A stretch of 25,543 nucleotides of DNA from positions 1-25,543 of IMG/VR virus record IMGVR_UViG_3300032225_000492; one strand, 5' to 3'. The notes beneath the pieces are model-generated. The model saw only the letters and a list, made by a program, of their open reading frames with translations, searched no databases and was not told the origin of the DNA. Shown one piece after another: positions 17,532 through 25,542 of the stretch. Position 1 is the stretch's first letter, and the number at the start of each line of letters is the position of its first letter. Position numbers and translations under genes: made by a program. The DNA comes from a virus. Lineage: Duplodnaviria; Caudoviricetes.

Positions 17532-17750
17532 TTATAAACCAAGTAATAACACAAATGCTCCACCAATTACAGTCCATATAAAATCCCACCAATCAGGTGT
17601 TCCTTTTTTAGAATAATAGTCATATGCTTCTTTTGCACCGCCTATAGCTATAACGGGTATCATTGAAGCCCAGTTACTTAATACAATATTAAAAAATATG
17701 TATATGATTACCCCTGCGGTAAAGTGATAAAGTTTATCTATGTGTTTCAT
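17532..17750 (-). CDS. small membrane protein, DKxxH...KExxD...D type (VanZ/YfiM-like)
   Basis: DKLYHFTAG...GGAKEAYD...DWWDFIWTVIGG pattern within hydrophobic helices. Confidence 0.65.
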   Translation of the reverse strand: MKHIDKLYHFTAGVIIYIFFNIVLSNWASMIPVIAIGGAKEAYDYYSKKGTPDWWDFIWTVIGGAFVLLLGL

Positions 17751-17752
17751 AA

Positions 17753-18028
17753 TTAGTTTATATATAAATTAGCCCAGAATAAATTTGCAACAGCAGCGAT
17801 GAAGAACATCATCCATACTTGGTTGATAACAGGCATCTCATCAGCATTTCCAATATACTTTGGATTAACTGCGTAGCCTTTAAATCCACACATAATTCCA
17901 GCACCAATAAAGGCGCTAGCTAATGCTACAAAAGCAAACCACCATTCATGTGGGTGATCAGTTAATAATATTGGAAAAGGTAATCCTATAGAAAATGCAG
18001 CTCCAATAAGCCATTTTAATTGTTTCAT
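17753..18028 (-). CDS. small membrane protein (3 predicted TM segments)
   Basis: Hydrophobic ORF. The second Met (18028, MKQLKW) fits promoter spacing better than 18046. Confidence 0.7.
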   Translation of the reverse strand: MKQLKWLIGAAFSIGLPFPILLTDHPHEWWFAFVALASAFIGAGIMCGFKGYAVNPKYIGNADEMPVINQVWMMFFIAAVANLFWANLYIN

Positions 18029-18049
18029 ATTAATTGTTTTATTCATAAA

Positions 18050-18081
18050 TAAATATACGCAAGAAGAAAGCGTTTACCAAA
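18050..18081 (-). promoter_or_regulatory. Bacteroidota-type promoter for membrane-protein cassette (contains ATATTTAT)
   Basis: Minus strand TTTG-N20-TATATTTA(T). The TTTG lies in the loop of the tube terminator. Confidence 0.6.
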
Positions 18082-18094
18082 TAGGCAAACGCTT
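18061..18094 (-). terminator. intrinsic terminator after tail tube gene
   Basis: Minus strand AAGCGTTTGCC-TATTT-GGTAAACGCTT followed by TCTTCTT. Confidence 0.7.
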
Positions 18095-18117
18095 CTTTTA
18101 TATTTAGTGGTTTTTCC

Positions 18118-18606
18118 CTAGAAGTTCAATACACAATAATCCATAGCAAGTGTTACACTAAGTGTAATTGCTGAATCACCTGTAGCCCAATCATAATCGC
18201 CAAATTTAGCTGTTTTACAATAAGCGCCTTTTACTATCCATTCACCAACAATGTCCCCAACTGGTCCTAAGATATTTAATGTGATGTCTTTTTTATAGAA
18301 ATCACTATAACCATCTCTACCTGTTACGGATTCATGTGCTAAACGAGCCCATTCCATTACTGATTGAGCGCCACTTGGTGTAATTGGATCATATAATTCT
18401 AAAGTCATATCATCCCACTTTACTTTACCTTTTACTTTACGGTAAACGTTAATGTGGTCTAATACAATTTCACTAGCGTCAAACCCAGGTGCTGATGCTT
18501 TCTTAATTAGGTATGCTGGGATACCGTCTATATACATGATAAAGCGATTTGGAACCTTTGGTTCAAACGCTGTAAACATTATTTCATTTGGACTTAATAC
18601 TGCCAT
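18118..18606 (-). CDS. tail tube protein (T4 gp19-like)
   Basis: FEPK..NRF, KGKVKWDDMTLELYDPI, YKKDITL..LGPVGDIVGEW.VKGA and LSVTLAMDY. Directly downstream of the sheath. Confidence 0.9.
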   Translation of the reverse strand: MAVLSPNEIMFTAFEPKVPNRFIMYIDGIPAYLIKKASAPGFDASEIVLDHINVYRKVKGKVKWDDMTLELYDPITPSGAQSVMEWARLAHESVTGRDGYSDFYKKDITLNILGPVGDIVGEWIVKGAYCKTAKFGDYDWATGDSAITLSVTLAMDYCVLNF

Positions 18607-18636
18607 TGTGATTTATTTTTATTTTATGTGTTGTCA

Positions 18637-18644
18637 ATAAATAT
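18637..18644 (-). promoter_or_regulatory. ATATTTAT upstream motif
   Basis: 31 nt upstream of the tube start. Confidence 0.6.
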
Positions 18645-18660
18645 TAGCAACTACATTCCC

Positions 18661-20814
18661 TTATGCAGGGAATGTAGCGCCAGTAGGAAGAATGTTGAAG
18701 TTTAATATAATATATTCAGCAGTTTTAGTTGGTTGAATATAAATTTGACCTACTAATTGATTACGATCTACAACATCTGGTGTGTTATTTGAATCATCCA
18801 TTACTACTTTATAAGCATACAAACCTTGACGTTGTACTACTGATGATAAGTATGGATTAACTTGTGCTAAAAATCTGTTACGTGTTACTGTTGTATTTTG
18901 TTCAAATACTAAGTTACGAGAAACACCGCCGATGTAATTTTTTAAAGCAATTAATAATCTACGAACATTTACGCGATCTAAAGCTGTTGGTTTACGCTGT
19001 AATGTCTTTTGACCCCAAACACATACTCCAGTTCCTGGGAATGTTGCTAATGGGTTAACATTATTTATATATAATGTATCGCGATCTGTTTGAGATAATC
19101 TATACTGTGCTCTTACTACTGATGGAACACCACCTCTGTTTAAACCAGCTGGAGCGAACCATTCAGCACCTACTTGATCGTTAAATGCTAATACACCACC
19201 TATTACTGTTGATGGAGGACACCACACAGCTTTACCTAAGTTTGAGCTATATAATTGAATCCATGGAAAATATGTTGCTGCGTAGTTACTTGAATTTCCA
19301 GCTGCGTTTTGAGTAGCTTGTGTAATTGATGTATTATAAACCCCATTATCTACAATAGCAATTGCATCTCCTCTACCTTCAACTGTTGAAATCATACTAG
19401 CAGCAACTGATGTATCTAAACCAAGACCTGGTGTTAATAATATATTAAATTGATATTCGTCTTTATTTGATAATACTTGGAACGCTTCACTATAATCAAT
19501 AGGCATAAATCCTTGAATATTTGCTGCTGTTGAGCTACCGTTACCTATATTTTCGTTCATATTTTTCGGTAATCCTGTATCTGCAACTCCACCGTTAAAT
19601 GAACCACCGTATGATCCACTACCAACTTGCGGTAATGTATTACCGTATGATCCTGATTTAAAGTTACCGTTATTATCTAATGAATCTATGTTTGGAGTAG
19701 TAACTGATGCTACACGAATATATCTTGATGCGTTAGCATATGTACCTTGATAATCTACTTGGTTTGTAGTTGTATTATAAACTGGTTTAAGATCACCGAT
19801 AACACGAGATATATAGTTTGGTAATTGAGGATCTAAACTTACGTTAGCCCATGTTTCTAATATATTCTTTTGATTATCGTTATCATCACCACGACGAACT
19901 ACAATTGTAAATGTACCACCATTGCTACCTGTATTTGAGTTAGTTACTTCCCAACGTACGTTATATGCTGACCCACTTGCTAATGCTCCACTTACTATAC
20001 TTGAAGTATTGTTCATTTGGTTACCCCAAGATAATGCTTCGAGTGTAAATGAAGTAGCACTAGAACCGTTTGTACCACCACCAAATGTTGTTGTAGTGAA
20101 TGTATTATAGTTAAAACTATGAGTAGCTACATAATTATTAGCTACAGTTCCTGTTGCTTTTGAAGAGATAATTAATGCACTTCCTACAATGGATGCGGTA
20201 AAATAAGTTTTAATATCGTTTGTAGCGTTATTAATAGCTCCTGTCATTGCGCCAGCCCACTCTGCTAAACTAACATTAGCTGCTCCTTGATTATCACCCA
20301 TTCCTACAAGCATGCTTGTTGAAGTTTGAGTAAAGTTATTTCCTCTTGTGGCGTATGGGTAGTTAGTAAAAGTATAAGTTACTGTTCCAAGAGGAGTTGG
20401 CGCTGTGATAATGGTTTGTACCCATGAACCTGTATCTCCTGACGCGACAGTCCATGAAGCAGACGCTGCTGTTCCAGCAACTGTTGCTACATTGCCTGGT
20501 ACTGTTGCTTGTGCATATGTACTATAAGCAGATCCGCTAATTATTCTAGTAACTAATAGTGATTGACCACCGTTACTAAAATACTCTCTAGCAGCCATTG
20601 ATGTAAAATACTCATAATAGTAGCTACCACTTTTAAATACATCACCGAAAAGTGATAAGTATTGACTGTAAGTAGTAACGTAAGTAGGAACCATTGGAAG
20701 ACCGCCTACTGTAGGGCCTACAATAGCAGCACCTAAAGCAGGTGGTGCCTGTGTATATGCGCTTTGGTCTGATTCAATCTGGAATACTCCAGGAGAAAGA
20801 ATAACTTCTGACAT
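18661..20814 (-). CDS. tail sheath protein (T4 gp18-like)
   Basis: SPGV N-terminus, WFAPAGLNRG, WGQKTL, RVNVRRL, FEQN, NNTPDVVDRN and IQPTKTAEYIILNF. Confidence 0.95.
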   Translation of the reverse strand: MSEVILSPGVFQIESDQSAYTQAPPALGAAIVGPTVGGLPMVPTYVTTYSQYLSLFGDVFKSGSYYYEYFTSMAAREYFSNGGQSLLVTRIISGSAYSTYAQATVPGNVATVAGTAASASWTVASGDTGSWVQTIITAPTPLGTVTYTFTNYPYATRGNNFTQTSTSMLVGMGDNQGAANVSLAEWAGAMTGAINNATNDIKTYFTASIVGSALIISSKATGTVANNYVATHSFNYNTFTTTTFGGGTNGSSATSFTLEALSWGNQMNNTSSIVSGALASGSAYNVRWEVTNSNTGSNGGTFTIVVRRGDDNDNQKNILETWANVSLDPQLPNYISRVIGDLKPVYNTTTNQVDYQGTYANASRYIRVASVTTPNIDSLDNNGNFKSGSYGNTLPQVGSGSYGGSFNGGVADTGLPKNMNENIGNGSSTAANIQGFMPIDYSEAFQVLSNKDEYQFNILLTPGLGLDTSVAASMISTVEGRGDAIAIVDNGVYNTSITQATQNAAGNSSNYAATYFPWIQLYSSNLGKAVWCPPSTVIGGVLAFNDQVGAEWFAPAGLNRGGVPSVVRAQYRLSQTDRDTLYINNVNPLATFPGTGVCVWGQKTLQRKPTALDRVNVRRLLIALKNYIGGVSRNLVFEQNTTVTRNRFLAQVNPYLSSVVQRQGLYAYKVVMDDSNNTPDVVDRNQLVGQIYIQPTKTAEYIILNFNILPTGATFPA

Positions 20815-20855
20815 TTTATTAATTATTTTAGTTTATTATTTGGAATTATCCAGTA

Positions 20856-20863
20856 ATAAATAT
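20856..20863 (-). promoter_or_regulatory. ATATTTAT upstream motif
   Basis: 42 nt upstream of the sheath start. Confidence 0.55.
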
Positions 20864-20895
20864 CTATAAAATTACATAAAACGCAGAAGCTCTTA

Positions 20896-21168
20896 TTAGA
20901 ATGGTGTTATCTCACCTGTTTCGATATTGATATTACCTACACCATATTTTTCTTGAAGAGCAGTAAGTAATTCTTTTTCTTTAGCAGTTAATGTTTTGAT
21001 ATCATTTAAAGTATTAGCTTTTTCTGAATCCATAAATGCTTTTTGATTAGCCATTTCTGCTAATTGTGCTTCAATGCTACCTAAATCAAATACAAATTTA
21101 TTGTATTGTGTTTGCATTTCTTTAATCTGTGTAATTTCTTCTGGTGTTAATTTCTTTATTTCTGACAT
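20896..21168 (-). CDS. small coiled-coil hypothetical protein
   Basis: Heptad-rich 90 aa ending KYGVGNINIETGEI. Confidence 0.75.
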   Translation of the reverse strand: MSEIKKLTPEEITQIKEMQTQYNKFVFDLGSIEAQLAEMANQKAFMDSEKANTLNDIKTLTAKEKELLTALQEKYGVGNINIETGEITPF

Positions 21169-21173
21169 AGTCT

Positions 21174-21407
21174 TTATTTTTCCCAGCGTTTATCAGGACA
21201 TGCCTCTTTACCGGGTAATGGTGAAAATATTTTTTTACTTAATGGACAACCACATAATCCACAAACGTATGTATCTATGTGTTTTTGATATGATTTGTTT
21301 GGGCAACCATCACAAATAGAAATACGATAATCTGCTATTTCTTTTTGTTCGGGTGTTGGATTAGCTGCTGCTATCCATGCTTTTGCTATTTCAACTAATT
21401 TAAGCAT
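21174..21407 (-). CDS. small Cys-rich (metal-binding) protein
   Basis: CDGC...CGLCGC...CP..RW, six Cys in 77 aa. Confidence 0.75.
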   Translation of the reverse strand: MLKLVEIAKAWIAAANPTPEQKEIADYRISICDGCPNKSYQKHIDTYVCGLCGCPLSKKIFSPLPGKEACPDKRWEK

Positions 21408-21753
21408 TTGCTTTAGTAGCTGGTTTATTTTTAGATTGTGATTTTTTCTTTGATTTAGCAGACATTTTAGGAGTATCTGTATTTACAGGTCCTGTTTCTG
21501 CTGGTGTAATTTCTGTTTCTCCTGATGTTTCAAACTTTGGTGGATCTGGTGTTCCTAAATCAATTTCTCCCCAAGGTGTTGGTGTAGATGTAGGTTCTGT
21601 TTCTGGTTCATGAGTTGGTTCTGTTTCTGGTTCAGGAGTTGGTTCAGGGATAATTACATCTTCTTCTAATGATAGATCTTTTTTCTTTGGAAGGAAATTA
21701 ATAATAAGAGCTACTACTATTCCTGTGAAAATAAGGATAAGTGAAATTGGCAT
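21400..21753 (-). CDS. membrane-anchored Pro/Glu/Thr-rich protein with basic tail
   Basis: N-terminal hydrophobic anchor, PEPT/ETEPT repeats and a Lys-rich end. Confidence 0.7.
   Translation of the reverse strand: MPISLILIFTGIVVALIINFLPKKKDLSLEEDVIIPEPTPEPETEPTHEPETEPTSTPTPWGEIDLGTPDPPKFETSGETEITPAETGPVNTDTPKMSAKSKKKSQSKNKPATKANA
21593..21646. repeat. 24-bp tandem repeat (2.25 copies) within CDS
   Basis: GGTTCTGTTTCTGGTTCA(T/G)GAGTT twice, plus GGTTCA. Confidence 0.85.
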
Positions 21754-21776
21754 AATCTATTATATTTTGTTTGATA

Positions 21777-21808
21777 TAAATATATACAAGAGATAGGAGA
21801 CAACCAAA
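21777..21808 (-). promoter_or_regulatory. Bacteroidota-type promoter (contains ATATTTAT)
   Basis: Minus strand TTTG-N20-TATATTTA(T), 23-24 nt upstream of 21753. Confidence 0.6.
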
Positions 21809-21814
21809 CCTATT

Positions 21815-22672
21815 TTAGAAAGTTGCTATAATTACTAACCCATTTCCTCCATTACCACCTTTACCTCCTGTTGTAGCTCCTATACCTCCTCCTCCTCCTC
21901 CGCAACCATACGCTCCGTTTCCTCCATTTCCTCCAATAACTCCAGCATTACCTCCACCTCCTGCTCCTCCTATACCAAATAGAGGTTTCCAATACCATAC
22001 TCCACTATCTGCATTTCCTCCAGTCGATGATCCTCCCGATATCTGCGGTATTGTGTATAGACCTAAGTTTATTGATGCTATAGTTGATCCTGCTACTCCA
22101 CTTAATCCTCCTGCTCGGCCTCCGCTTGTTATATTCGTAGTTAAGGGAGTTGGATATGTAGTTACGTTATCGCCATTTTGTCCGGCAGTAGCTGTAAATG
22201 TTCCTAAACTTATTAAATTTGCTACTGTTACTGTAGCTGCAGTCTCACCGTTAACAACAGAAGTTGTTCCTGCTTCAGCTGTACCTGATATACATACTAG
22301 ATTCATTGCTGCTGATTGATTTCCAGAACCAGTAGCTGCTATTGAAACATAGCTACTGTTAGCAATAGACGGACTATTTGCTGTGGATATTGAGGATCCA
22401 GTAGCGCCTAAACTTCCTAGACCGGGCTGTACGTACAATATATCAGGAAGTACTTGAGCTGGGTATAGTACTTTGCATACTCCTCCTGCTCCTCCTCCAC
22501 CACCAACGTTTGCTGTACCTCCACCGCTACCTCCACATCCACCACCAATACACATTATCCAAATAAACTTGCAATTTCTTGGTTTTTGCCATGTTTGCCA
22601 ATCAGTAGTTCCTCTAGCGTAAAATATACTTACGTTATTTTGTTGTCCAGGTATATTGAATATATCTAACAT
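21815..22672 (-). CDS. glycine-rich protein, paralog 3 (putative fibre-tip/adhesin)
   Basis: MLDIF..WQTWQKPR..KF..I.CIGGG, poly-Gly tracts and an ending GGNGGNGLVIIATF. Confidence 0.75.
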   Translation of the reverse strand: MLDIFNIPGQQNNVSIFYARGTTDWQTWQKPRNCKFIWIMCIGGGCGGSGGGTANVGGGGGAGGVCKVLYPAQVLPDILYVQPGLGSLGATGSSISTANSPSIANSSYVSIAATGSGNQSAAMNLVCISGTAEAGTTSVVNGETAATVTVANLISLGTFTATAGQNGDNVTTYPTPLTTNITSGGRAGGLSGVAGSTIASINLGLYTIPQISGGSSTGGNADSGVWYWKPLFGIGGAGGGGNAGVIGGNGGNGAYGCGGGGGGIGATTGGKGGNGGNGLVIIATF

Positions 22673-22676
22673 ATTA

Positions 22677-23555
22677 TTAAAAACTTGTTGTTATGATTAT
22701 TAGTCCGTCTCCACCTCTACCGCCATTACCGCCTACATTTTGACAACCTCCTCCACCACCACCTCCACACCCATATGATGCATCTCCTCCCTTTCCTCCT
22801 GGTCCTGTGCCTGCTCCTCCACCTCCTGACCCTCCTAAAAATGCTAAAACAGGTTTTGTAAACATAAAACCGTTTTTACCTGCTAATCCTACCCCTGCAA
22901 CACTAAGAGTAGTTGGAACAGTAGGGTAAAATCCAGCTGCTGTAAATCCTCCTGCAGCTCCAACTCCATTACCTCCTGTTCCTCCCGTTGTTATTTGTGA
23001 TGGTGTAATACCAGCATTACCAGAAGCAGCACCTCCATTAGTGCCTGCTATTCCTGCTACTGCAATAAATGTTCCTAAATTTAAAAATATAGCATTAGCT
23101 ACAGTTGCTATTGTTTCACCTGCTCCTCCATTATTAGTTGCTCCTCTAGCTGATAAATTACCAGATGTAACTACTATATTTGATACTGAGGATGTATCTG
23201 GTATTAAGCAAATATATGACTTTTCTCCATTTTGGCCTGGGTCAATAGTTGTTTTTTGTGAACCTCCTAATGATCCAGTGCCACCTGCTCCTGTATAGAC
23301 ATATAATATATCAGGAAGTATGGATGCTTGAAATTGAGCTCTTACTATTCCTCCACCACCACCACCACCTCCTCCTGATCCTCTAACACTAACACTTGAT
23401 GATACTCCATTTGATCCACCGCCGCCACTTCCAATACACAAAATATTTACAAACTTAGCACTTCTTGGTTTTTGCCATGTTACCCAAGAACCTGCGTTTG
23501 TAAAGATTTGTGTATTTACATTTCCACTATTTTGAAAATATGATAAATCTAACAT
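22677..23555 (-). CDS. glycine-rich protein, paralog 2
   Basis: MLDLS..WVTWQKPR.AKF..ILCIGSGG and an ending GGRGGDGLIIITTSF. Confidence 0.75.
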   Translation of the reverse strand: MLDLSYFQNSGNVNTQIFTNAGSWVTWQKPRSAKFVNILCIGSGGGGSNGVSSSVSVRGSGGGGGGGGGIVRAQFQASILPDILYVYTGAGGTGSLGGSQKTTIDPGQNGEKSYICLIPDTSSVSNIVVTSGNLSARGATNNGGAGETIATVANAIFLNLGTFIAVAGIAGTNGGAASGNAGITPSQITTGGTGGNGVGAAGGFTAAGFYPTVPTTLSVAGVGLAGKNGFMFTKPVLAFLGGSGGGGAGTGPGGKGGDASYGCGGGGGGGCQNVGGNGGRGGDGLIIITTSF

Positions 23556-23556
23556 T

Positions 23557-24462
23557 TTAGAATATTGTTGTTATAATTACTAAACCATCACCACCATTTC
23601 CACCTCTACTACGAGTTGTCACACTTGCGCCACCACCACCACCGCCACATCCATACCAGCCAGTACCACCATTTCCGCCTGTTCCTGCTACTTGACTACC
23701 ACCGCCTGCTCCACCAGTTCCGCATATTAAATTAGAAATTATACCATATCCATTATCTCCATTATTTGGACCAGCTGCACCCCCGTTTACTGTTGTAGTT
23801 AAAACAACGCTTGCGCTTATTATTGATCCTCCGTCATATTGTATTGTGGTAGTTGTTTTTCCAGCACCACCAGCCCCGCCTGTTATTATATTGCTTCCTA
23901 GAGCATTTACGCTAGTTCCTGTTGCATTAATAGATGAATTCCCTCCTTGAATACCCGCAACTGCTGTAAAAATCCCAAGTGATAAAAATGGACACACTGC
24001 TGTAGTTGTTACTGTTGGTGCTGCTCCTGGGTTTGCTCCTCCAGCTGCTCCACCTGTGCCACCTGCTCCTATAGTTGTTGAAGATGCTACTAATAGTGGT
24101 TGTGGTGATGCAATATATGCATTAGGAGTCATTGATACATAGCTTATACCTCCGGTTCCTCCAGTACCAGTATTATTTCCTATTCCTCCTAATCCAACTT
24201 GTATAAATAATAAGTCTGGTAATAGTAAAATCGGAAATATCGCTTTCACTAATCCACCACTATTTCCTCCTGCTCCTCCTGATACTGTACCAGTTGTGCT
24301 TACTGCTCCTGCGCCACCAGCAGCGCCTGCTCCTAAACAAAATATTTGTATGAACTTAGCACCACGTGGTTTTTGCCACGTTTGCCAATCATTAGTACCT
24401 CCGGTAGCATAAAATATTTTAGTATTTTCTGTATTGGATGGTATGTGAAAGATATCTAACAT
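23557..24462 (-). CDS. glycine-rich protein, paralog 1
   Basis: MLDIF..WQTWQKPRGAKF.QIFCLGAG and an ending GGNGGDGLVIITTIF. Confidence 0.75.
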   Translation of the reverse strand: MLDIFHIPSNTENTKIFYATGGTNDWQTWQKPRGAKFIQIFCLGAGAAGGAGAVSTTGTVSGGAGGNSGGLVKAIFPILLLPDLLFIQVGLGGIGNNTGTGGTGGISYVSMTPNAYIASPQPLLVASSTTIGAGGTGGAAGGANPGAAPTVTTTAVCPFLSLGIFTAVAGIQGGNSSINATGTSVNALGSNIITGGAGGAGKTTTTIQYDGGSIISASVVLTTTVNGGAAGPNNGDNGYGIISNLICGTGGAGGGSQVAGTGGNGGTGWYGCGGGGGGASVTTRSRGGNGGDGLVIITTIF

Positions 24463-24465
24463 AAG

Positions 24466-24651
24466 TTACGGTTGTTGCTCAGTACAAGGTGGTAATGGTG
24501 GATTTACATCTACTACAAAATGATTTGCAGGTGGAGTACAATCATTACAGTTTAAATCAACTACTTTTAATACATTAGACATTGTATCATCCATTACATA
24601 ATACATTTGTATGTCAGGATTATTTGAATCTTGAATCATTACGTATTTCAT
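24466..24651 (-). CDS. small hypothetical protein
   Basis: 61-aa ORF tightly packed in the fibre block. Confidence 0.6.
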   Translation of the reverse strand: MKYVMIQDSNNPDIQMYYVMDDTMSNVLKVVDLNCNDCTPPANHFVVDVNPPLPPCTEQQP

Positions 24652-24665
24652 ATATATTTATTTTA

Positions 24666-25100
24666 TTATGGTGTTGTATAAGATCCTCCAACAGCTGATA
24701 CATACCAACCACCATTTACTTGAGCAGTTGCTGTTGTTGCCAATATTCTATAAGCTGCAGGCAGCGCTACGTTAAATGGTAATTCAAATACTGCTTGGGC
24801 TGCTGTACTGCCTGATGTTATTGCTGGTAGTGTAATTTCATCAAATAGTATTACGTTTGATCCACTAAGAATAGCAGGTGCAGCTGTATTTCCTATAAAA
24901 AGACGAGCTACAGTTGCTACAGTAGAACCAGATGCTTTAAAACGTACTCTCTGTACAAAACTACCTGATACACTCGCTGAAAATACTGTTAGTACATTAG
25001 AACCGGATGCTTCATAAGTTGTATTTGCTGCTACTAGAGCGGTTGCTCCCCATTGTATATCTCCTACTCCGGAATAAATTGGGTTTGTATTTAATGCCAT
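24666..25100 (-). CDS. hypothetical virion-associated beta-rich protein
   Basis: 144 aa, Ala/Ser/Thr-rich, directly downstream of the fibre-like gene. Confidence 0.7.
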   Translation of the reverse strand: MALNTNPIYSGVGDIQWGATALVAANTTYEASGSNVLTVFSASVSGSFVQRVRFKASGSTVATVARLFIGNTAAPAILSGSNVILFDEITLPAITSGSTAAQAVFELPFNVALPAAYRILATTATAQVNGGWYVSAVGGSYTTP

Positions 25101-25113
25101 TGTTTATATATTT

Positions 25114-25542
25114 TTAAAATAAATTTGAATATCCTGTTGCTATTGCTACTACTTTACCTTGTGATATACCACCAGCTGTAGTTAATGAAAATGATGATGT
25201 TGTTGCAAATGAACTACTAATAGCTATTGATGCACTATTTGCCCAACTGGCTGTACCTTGTAATGAACCAATAAACGATCCACTAAATGATCCAGTATTA
25301 TATGAGCTAGTAAAAGTATTAAATGATGATACTGTAACAAAGGAACTTGTCTGACTGTTTGTGACAAACGATGATGTTTGTGACGTGGTAACAAACGATG
25401 ATGTCTGACTGTTTGTGACAAACGATGATGTTTGTGACGTGGTAACAAACGATGATGTTTGTGACGTGGTAACAAACGATGATGTTTGTGACGTGGTAAC
25501 AAACGATGATGTCTGACTGTTTGTGACAAACGATGATGTCTG
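25114..25542 (-). CDS. C-terminal part of a Ser/Thr-rich fibre-like protein (starts beyond the right edge; not in the ORF track)
   Basis: Manual translation from 25542 gives (QTSSFVTNS/QTSSFVTTS)n-QTSSFVTVSSFNTFTSSYNTGSFSGSFIGSLQGTASWANSAS...GKVVAIATGYSNLF*, with TAA at 25114-25116. Confidence 0.75.
   Translation of the reverse strand, partial: QTSSFVTNSQTSSFVTTSQTSSFVTTSQTSSFVTTSQTSSFVTNSQTSSFVTTSQTSSFVTNSQTSSFVTVSSFNTFTSSYNTGSFSGSFIGSLQGTASWANSASIAISSSFATTSSFSLTTAGGISQGKVVAIATGYSNLF

Noticed and set aside
4942-21783. TATAAATA-like sequences on the + strand as T4 gp55 late promoters
   Set aside because: Their orientation is opposite to all genes. Spacing is consistent only when read as ATATTTAT on the minus strand.
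100-23298. All plus-strand ORFs in the track (e.g. 100..396, 1607..1918, 8812..9231, 11557..11940, 13817..14197, 22053..22319)
   Set aside because: They lie antisense to well-supported minus-strand genes, have Ser/Phe/Pro-rich shadow composition and show no motifs.
21815-24462. Glycine-rich genes as collagen-like proteins or DGR targets
   Set aside because: They have poly-Gly tracts rather than sustained Gly-X-Y. No reverse transcriptase or near-identical template/variable repeat pair is visible.
25224-25529. ORF-track 101-aa His/Arg-rich ORF (RHKHHRLLP repeats)
   Set aside because: Alternative-frame shadow of the repeat. The Ser/Thr-rich frame ending at 25114 matches the composition and packing of neighbouring genes.
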